From Tubiluchus corallicola (taxonomy: Eukaryota; Animalia; Priapulida), in contig JAQGDQ010000493.1 in NCBI GenBank assembly GCA_030141605.1, positions 101,236 to 165,235 on the forward strand: DNA of 64,000 nucleotides, in the 5' to 3' direction. Position 1 is the stretch's first letter. Every line of letters begins with the position of its first letter. The translations under genes were made by a program, and so were the position numbers. The notes below the pieces were generated by a model. It was given only the letters and a program-made list of their open reading frames with translations. It ran no database searches and was not told where the DNA came from. Below are positions 56,445 through 64,000 of the stretch, piece after piece.

Positions 56445-57734
56445 CTGAAAAAAAGCGATAAAAAAAACGTAAAACAGAGCTGCAGTGTGCAGTATATGTT
56501 TATTTGTACAAAGACACCTACATCCACGAAAAGGAACTAATTAGCAAGTTAAGGCAACAAGACACTTTTTCTAAGAATTACACAAAATCGCTAGTTCCAA
56601 CAGACATGGTGTTTGCACACGACCACATTGAAACAAGATTACAGTCAATCACAAGAGAAAATCCCAACAAAACAACAAAACCAATAATAGCTGTTAAACA
56701 CCACACGGTGATGATTGGTCAACACACAAACAAGAGAACTGTCACGAACCTTGACCCCCAAAGGTGCAGTTTACGCAAATCTGTTTTCCTAATTGAATTG
56801 GGTTATGGGCAGTAGGTCTAAATACCCAGAGAAACAAAAACATGAATGTCACGTATAAGACTGGGGCTAACAAATAAATGAAAACAGAATGAGACGACCG
56901 TATCACCACACTGGCAGCTATATCAATGGAAATCAGATTCCTCGATACAAAGCACCCTGGGGTAGAAAATTTCTGTTATTAAACATCTAAAGCTAGTAAA
57001 CATCAACATCAAGATTATACACTCAACTTCAAAGATGTCACTAAACTTAAAACTGGAGTCCTCGAATTCTGTCTGAAGCTGGAATTGCCCGAAAGCATTT
57101 GAGTCAACACCGTGGTGCAGGCATGGACATACCACGCTAATGATCTTGTACAACACACAGGAAAGGGTCGAATTTTACTGCTCGATTGACTAAACTGAAA
57201 AGCTGACGATTAATTTGAGAAGATCAGGTAAATCCGGCATTACGTAACCCCTAAGACACTCCACAGGATACGTAGCATTGTCCCACTCGGCTTGTGCTTG
57301 TAACTTGACCTCTTCTTCCTGTGTTGGTGAGAGGCACAAGCTACGCATTACTCTCAGGAAAACGTTCGAAGACCAGCTGTAGACGCTACTAATATATGGG
57401 TACTAAACACTACACAAATCGTAATTTGTATTGGTTCAGCTACCAGTGGTGCTATAAATCCATTTCTTACTTAAATTTTGTTTGAAGAGGCCTCCGAGCA
57501 TGATTTGTCCAAACTGGAAGCAGGCTGTAGTTCTTTTGGTCCTCTCTTCAAAATACTGCAGACCCTTACAGCATCCGAACACTGTAACTGATGCAATTAT
57601 AGGCAAGTCAACTGTTAACTGTTGGTAAATACTTGTTTGACTTTTGGCTTACTATGATTCTTATTACACAACTATTAGGAATAAAATTGCGACAGTTTTG
57701 CTGTGTTGACACTTGGAAGTCTTTGTGGTGACAA

Positions 57735-57805
57735 TGGCAACAACAAAAACAACAACAACAATAGCAGTAGCAACAACAACAATAGCGATAACATTGACAA
57801 AACAA
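57735..57805. repeat. Degenerate (CAA)n tract
   Basis: Directly visible; explains the Cys-rich ORF 57608-57805. Confidence 0.8.
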
Positions 57806-57847
57806 CTATGTTAACAAGTATAGTAGCAGGAACTTCCACAAGTCAAT

Positions 57848-59145
57848 ACTGATATTTTCAATCTCAGGTTATATGTTGCCATGAGGCCCAATGATACTAA
57901 TAAAGTTTCCAGGAAAAATAATTTCTCTTTAATTCTAATAACTTAATACCAATAATGTTACTAACTACAGTAACAGAGGGAACAACAATGACAATAATAG
58001 CAAAAAGAGCAATAACATCAACCTCATTCTGCTCATTTGAAAATCTTGATACAAATTGATTTAAAAAATGTTTAATCTTAACAGTTATTCAACTTGTTAA
58101 ATAAGCCTATATCTATACTCAAAGCTCACTATGTACTGTGTATAATAATGCCAACACCAATTATTAGTTTGAGCCGGTGTGTGACTCTTTTTTCGAAAAG
58201 ACCACTAATGAACCCTTGAGATCAGCATTTTCTAAATTAACAACAGTTCTCTTTGCTGTGTCACAATGCCACATTCTAGACCCCACGCTAGTTTTTTGCT
58301 TCGACCATTGTCCACAGGCAGGTCAAGAGCCGCAGACGTAGGCTCATCTGGGCTCACCTTTTGCACACGTTTCCGCCGAAGAATACTGAAGAGTGTTTTA
58401 AGCATGCTTAAAGACGTGCCATATGGAGACCGAGGGGCATTATCTCCATCCCGGGTTCAGTTGAGTTGATACTGTTTACTGAGATGGGTAAATACTAGAG
58501 GACAATGGTAACAGCCTTGACACGAAAATCCCCAGAAATCTGCTGCTTGCCTCTTTTAACCTGTCTTGTCCCAAACATTACGCCAGCCTGGACTGCGTTT
58601 CATTAACTGAGCTCATTGTCCTCTGTTGACACAACAGATTTTGGAACAGTAGAGGAAGAAGAAGAAAATACAATCAATGCTTATTGCCATCCATTCGGCA
58701 ACAAATGATTTCTGTTAGTTGTTGCCAGTCGGCGGTTCCTAGATTTTTTTGTTCCATGACCTGTATTAATGACCTTTCACATCTGCGTTATTTGTGTTCA
58801 AATTTTTAGACTTACAGAACTCAGGCTCATTTCTGTATGTCACTCCTTTGATTTCAGAGCTACCTTGACTATCAAGACTTCTTTGGCCAAATTACAACCT
58901 TGAAGAAAAGTGTTAAGGTTTATCTTAGTTAAAAAGTGAAAAACAAAAGTGATTTTGATATCATTTTCTCATTATAATTACTGAAAATCTTTTGTTGTTC
59001 TGGAATAACATGATGTCACAGACACAGCAATTTTTTAAAAACACATGATTTGATATTAAGCTATTAGAGTTGAATAGAGATTATTGCTCCTATTAGTATC
59101 ATTGAGCCTCATGGCAACAAAGAACCTGAGATTGAAAGCATCAGT
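57848..59145. repeat. 55-bp inverted repeat pair enclosing 1.2 kb
   Basis: ttcaatctcaggttatatgttgccatgaggcccaatgatactaata (about 57857-57902) mirrors tattagtatcattgagcctcatggcaacaaagaacctgagattgaa (about 59091-59136). Confidence 0.75.
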
Positions 59146-59230
59146 GCAATGAAAGGTATCGTAAGAACATGATTCTCAGATGTAGTTGAAAAACCTGGTA
59201 ATAGTAGTTGTAGTGGAAAGTCATCAGCAG

Positions 59231-59761
59231 TAATAATAATAATTAATGTTGTTTTTTATTTATTTTTCACATAATCCATAGTACAGAAAAGTACAAAGAC
59301 AAGCAGTTAAAATTAATTAAAAATTGTACAGAAACCTAAAAACTGTAGCAGAATTAAATTACAAAGTATAAAAAGAGAGAAGTTAGGTTATGCTTTAAAA
59401 ACACAAGACGATGATGAAGATCTGGTTACATTTCTCGACACATGCTGTAATGCATTGTGAATACAGAACCAGAGAAGTCAAGAACAAGTGACTGTTTCAC
59501 CAAGCATGTATTCTGATTCCCAGAGATTACTGGTTTTCCACCAAGCTCTGTGGTTTATACAAACTGACTAAACTTTACTTGCCATGTACCAGCATTGATA
59601 ATCACTGATAGAAGACTTGATGGAGATGATCAATCAGTCTTCTTTCGCATGCAGGAACTGTAAAGCCTGTTGGAAGTTGTGTTTTGCGTCAGTTTTGCAA
59701 GTTTTACAAAGTTGCTGGTGCAGTAGTGACCCCATAGTAAACCTGACATTGTTTTGCAACA
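59231..59761 (-). mobile_element. Older, longer relative of the same LINE 3' UTR
   Basis: The reverse complement of 59572-59761 aligns with 63815-63976 (gtcactactgcac/gtcattactgcac, ctgacgca, actgattgatcatctc/actgattgattatctc, tatcagtgattatcaatg, atggcaagtaaag/atggcaaataaag). It continues to AATAAATAAA plus a (TTA)n tail at about 59231-59265. Confidence 0.7.
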
Positions 59762-59796
59762 ATACACAAAAAAATATAAAAAAAACTATGATTTAA

Positions 59797-61704
59797 TTAA
59801 TATGGCCGTGGGTATATGAATTCGGAATTAGTGTGTATGTTGTCGTACTGGTGTGATGGTATTTCATATCTGGTTAATATTAGTGATTTTAATTTTGTTT
59901 TAAATGCTGATAGGGACTTGATTTGTTTAACCTGTAATGGTAGAGAATTCCAAAGTAAAATTGCTTGTTTGATTACAGAGTTCGTTCCATAGTGGGTATT
60001 TGTCCTAATTTGTTTTAGATTGCTTGTTCTGGAATTAACGATAGGATTTGGAAAAAAGGTAAATCTGTTATTCTGGAATGGTTTGCTGATGTTGTTAATG
60101 TATTTAAATATAAAAAGCAGAGTAAAATATTCTTTGTGTGCTTCAATGATTGGGAATTTTAAAGTTTTTCTCAGGTTAGTTGTTGAAGCTTTGAATTTTT
60201 GTCTACCTGCCTTGTGTTTGTATGAGTACCCAGCTATGTATCTCAATGCATAGTTTTGAAGGAGATTTAATTTTAAGTAATTTTCTCTTTTGGTTTTTTG
60301 AAGTAGCGTACATCCATATAAGAAGTGTGGTAGAACTAAAGTTTTATATATTAGTGTTTTAGTTTCCTTTGTTAGTTGCCCTTTAACTTGTCGGAGATAT
60401 GATGTGCTAGATGCCATTTTTGTGTATATGTTATTAAAGTGATCATCCCATGAAAGATTATTGTCTACTTGTATGCCCAGGAATTTAACATTGTTAGTTT
60501 GTTTGATTACAGCATTATCTATTGTCAAAGTGGTTGATGATGCATCATTAGTATTTAATGAGGGTGACAGTATCATGAATTCTGTTTTGTCATTATTCAT
60601 TTTTAGCTTGTAATGACTAAATGCCATATTTATATTTTTTATATCTTCTTCTAAATAATTTTTTGCAGTTTGGACATTTTCATGGGCTATGTAGATTGTA
60701 GTGTCATCAGCGTATTGCGTTATTTGTGAGTGTTTTAATACACTGGATATGTTGTTTATATATAGGCAAAATAATAACGGACCTAGTAGTGTTCCTTGCG
60801 GTATACCTCTGTTTAACGTGGCCCAGTCAGAAAAGTTGGTTGTATCTAACTTTACTCGTTGTTGTCTATCTTTGAGATAATTTTGTATCAGTTTTAACGA
60901 TATCGAATCTAATCCGATTTGTTTTAAATTATCGTAAAGTAGTTCGTGATTAATGCTATCGAAAGCTTTACTTAAATCCAAAAATGCTGCTAAAATGTAT
61001 TGCTTGTTGTCTAAACTATGTCTCCAATTTTCTGTTGTGTGTATTAGGGCGTCAATGGTTGAATGGTGTTTACGGAAGCCAAACTGATGTTTTGATAAAA
61101 GTTCATGTTTATTTACATATGAATTTATCTGATCATAAATTACCCTTTCCCAAACTTTGCCGAAACAATGGATTACGGAAATTGGGCGATAATTCATGGG
61201 ATCACATTTTGGATCTTTTTTATGGATTGGAGTCACGTTTGCCATTTTACATACCGTTGGAAATTCGCCTCTCATAATTATCTGATTAGCAATGTAAGTC
61301 ATATGCGGGGCTATTACAGATGCGCTATCTTTTAGAATTTTGATAGGAATATCTGATGGTCCACTCCCTTTGTTGGAACTTAGGTTATTTAATATGTCGT
61401 TAATTTCTCCTACTGTGACGCTTTTGAATGAGAATACTGTGTTAGACGATTTGTTTTTTAATTTATTAATTATATTATTGCTAATATGAGAAGCCACTCC
61501 CTTAAAATTTCCAAGATTCAGGAATATTGCATTTAGCGCGTTGGCAATATCTTTGGGTTTTGTAATAACAGTGTTGTTGATCTTAATTTCGTCAACACGC
61601 GTTAGTTTGTTACGGCATTTATTTATTACATTGTTAATAATTTTCCATTTTTCTTTGGTATTTGTTGCGTTTTTACATTGTTGTTGTATATGTTTATTTT
61701 TCAA
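59797..61704 (-). mobile_element. CR1-group (L2/Crack/Daphne-like) non-LTR retrotransposon ORF2, reverse transcriptase, left arm
   Basis: RT motifs NYRPIS, QFGFR, FLDLSKAFD, GIPQGTLLGP, YADD, KFLG and C-terminal WNSLP...FKTKLK; intact frame of 635 aa; no endonuclease present (5' truncated). Confidence 0.95.
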
Positions 61705-62059
61705 GCATTTATTAAGATTATTAAATTGATTTCTCTTTTTTTATAATTGTTATGATTGTTTTTAGTTTTGTTCTTTTCCCATATATTATACATTCTGTTT
61801 TTCGCTATTCTTAGTTTGTCAAGTTCAGGTGTTGTCCAGGTACTTTCGTTATTGAGTTTGCTTTGTTGTGGGATTTGCTTTACGTTTTTATATGGTGCAT
61901 GTACATTAAGGCAATATTCGACATTATATGTCAGAATATTAACTTGTGTATCTATTTTATCAGTCATATATATGGAGGTCCAGTTCATTTTTGCTAAGTC
62001 GATTAAGTATGAATGTTTGTTGTATTGGGCGTAGTCTCTCATTAAATGCCAGACTGAAT
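61701..62059 (-). mobile_element. Upstream continuation of the same LINE ORF2 (EN-RT linker), frameshifted
   Basis: RDY...LIDLAKMNW...LNVHAP...WTT...RIAKNRMY is typical CR1-group linker sequence. It joins the RT ORF if the A7 run at about 61736-61742 were A8. Confidence 0.85.
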
Positions 62060-63778
62060 TTTGGAAATTTTAAGGGAGTGGCTTCTCATATTAGCAATAA
62101 TATAATTAATAAATTAAAAAACAAATCGTCTAACACAGTATTCTCATTCAAAAGCGTCACAGTAGGAGAAATTAACGACATATTAAATAACCTAAGTTCC
62201 AACAAAGGGAGTGGACCATCAGATATTCCTATCAAAATTCTAAAAGATAGCGCTTCTGTAATAGCCCCGCATATGACTTACATTGCTAATCAGATAATTA
62301 TGAGAGGCGAATTTCCAACGGTATGTAAAATGGCAAACGTGACTCCAATCCATAAAAAAGATCCAAAATGTGATCCCATGAATTATCGCCCAATTTCCGT
62401 AATCCATTGTTTCGGCAAAGTTTGGGAAAGGGTAATTTATGATCAGATAAATTCATATGTAAATAAACATGAACTTTTATCAAAACATCAGTTTGGCTTC
62501 CGTAAACACCATTCAACCATTGACGCCCTAATACACACAACAGAAAATTGGAGACATAGTTTAGACAACAAGCAATACATTTTAGCAGCATTTTTGGATT
62601 TAAGTAAAGCTTTCGATAGCATTAATCACGAACTACTTTACGATAATTTAAAACAAATCGGATTAGATTCGATATCGTTAAAACTGATACAAAATTATCT
62701 CAAAGATAGACAACAACGAGTAAAGTTAGATACAACCAACTTTTCTGACTGGGCCACGTTAAACAGAGGTATACCGCAAGGAACACTACTAGGTCCGTTA
62801 TTATTTTGCCTATATATAAACAACATATCCAGTGTATTAAAACACTCACAAATAACGCAATACGCTGATGACACTACAATCTACATAGCCCATGAAAATG
62901 TCCAAACTGCAAAAAATTATTTAGAAGAAGATATAAAAAATATAAATATGGCATTTAGTCATTACAAGCTAAAAATGAATAATGACAAAACAGAATTCAT
63001 GATACTGTCACCCTCATTAAATACTAATGATGCATCATCAACCACTTTGACAATAGATAATGCTGTAATCAAACAAACTAACAATGTTAAATTCCTGGGC
63101 ATACAAGTAGACAATAATCTTTCATGGGATGATCACTTTAATAACATATACACAAAAATGGCATCTAGCACATCATATCTCCGACAAGTTAAAGGGCAAC
63201 TAACAAAGGAAACTAAAACACTAATATATAAAACTTTAGTTCTACCACACTTCTTATATGGATGTACGCTACTTCAAAAAACCAAAAGAGAAAATTACTT
63301 AAAATTAAATCTCCTTCAAAACTATGCATTGAGATTGATAGCTGGGTACTCATACAAACACAAGGCAGGTAGACAAAAATTCAAAGCTTCAACAACTAAC
63401 CTGAGAAAAACTTTAAAATTCCCAATCATTGAAGCACACAAAGAATATTTTACTCTGCTTTTTATATTTAAATACATTAACAACATCAGCAAACCATTCC
63501 AGAATAACAGATTTACCTTTTTTCCAAATCCTATCGTTAATTCCAGAACAAGCAATCTAAAACAAATTAGGACAAATACCCACTATGGAACGAACTCTGT
63601 AATCAAACAAGCAATTTTACTTTGGAATTCTCTACCATTACAGGTTAAACAAATCAAGTCCCTATCAGCATTTAAAACAAAATTAAAATCACTAATATTA
63701 ACCAGATATGAAATACCATCACACCAGTACGACAACATACACACTAATTCCGAATTCATATACCCACGGCCATATTAA
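62054..63778 (+). mobile_element. Second, inverted copy of the same LINE RT ORF, right arm
   Basis: Protein identical to the left arm from GNFKG onward except Y/L in LRYIAG vs LRLIAG. Coordinates mirror exactly (61521/62054 and 59797/63778), so there is no net indel. Confidence 0.95.
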
Positions 63779-63998
63779 TTAAATCATAGTTTTTTTTTTA
63801 TATTTTTTGTGTATAGTTGTAAATATGTTTGATTTTATTCGTCATTACTGCACAGTAGTTTAGATTGCACTGACGCATTTGCCTTCAGCAGTGTAAGTTT
63901 TTATTAACTAACACTGATTGATTATCTCTATAAAGTTTTTATCAGTGATTATCAATGTTTTTAATGGCAAATAAAGATTATTATATATATATATATAT
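63779..63998 (+). mobile_element. LINE 3' UTR with AATAAA and (TA)n tail
   Basis: AATAAA at 63970-63975 followed by gattattatatata... to the window edge. Confidence 0.8.
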
Positions 63999-64000
63999 AC

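Noticed and set aside
60020-63555. Paired short ORFs antisense to the RTs (60020, 60984, 62298, 63322)
   Set aside because: Shadow frames duplicated by the palindrome.
59797-63778. RT pair as a prokaryotic retron, DGR, group II intron or defence RT system
   Set aside because: Motifs, the 3' AATAAA/(TA)n tail and the spliceosomal-intron context all indicate a eukaryotic CR1-group LINE.

Overview
AT-rich, repeat-dense animal (probably marine invertebrate) genomic DNA, not prokaryotic; most of the short ORFs in the track are noise. Main host gene: an FGF8/17/18-family growth factor on the minus strand. It has three clear coding exons (32781-32949, 26546-26652, 20342-20764), plus a probable promoter and first exons at about 45.0-45.8 kb. 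A second, unidentified gene is suggested by a roughly 287-codon terminal exon at 55583-56444 (-). The rest is transposon debris: hAT MITEs with 8-bp TSDs, a TTAA-flanked MITE, a long-TIR element, and RTE/L2/CR1/RTEX-like LINE fragments. The most unusual structure is at 59.2-64 kb: a head-to-head pair of almost identical CR1-group reverse-transcriptase ORFs forming a ~1.75-kb palindrome joined at a 6-nt microhomology. Arm identity falls abruptly to roughly 70% about 35 nt after the stop codons, where the left arm runs into an older, longer relative of the same LINE 3' UTR. This fits twin-primed retrotransposition in which the second priming was guided by homology to an older element, but that is an inference. 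All alignments were done by eye and identities are estimates.
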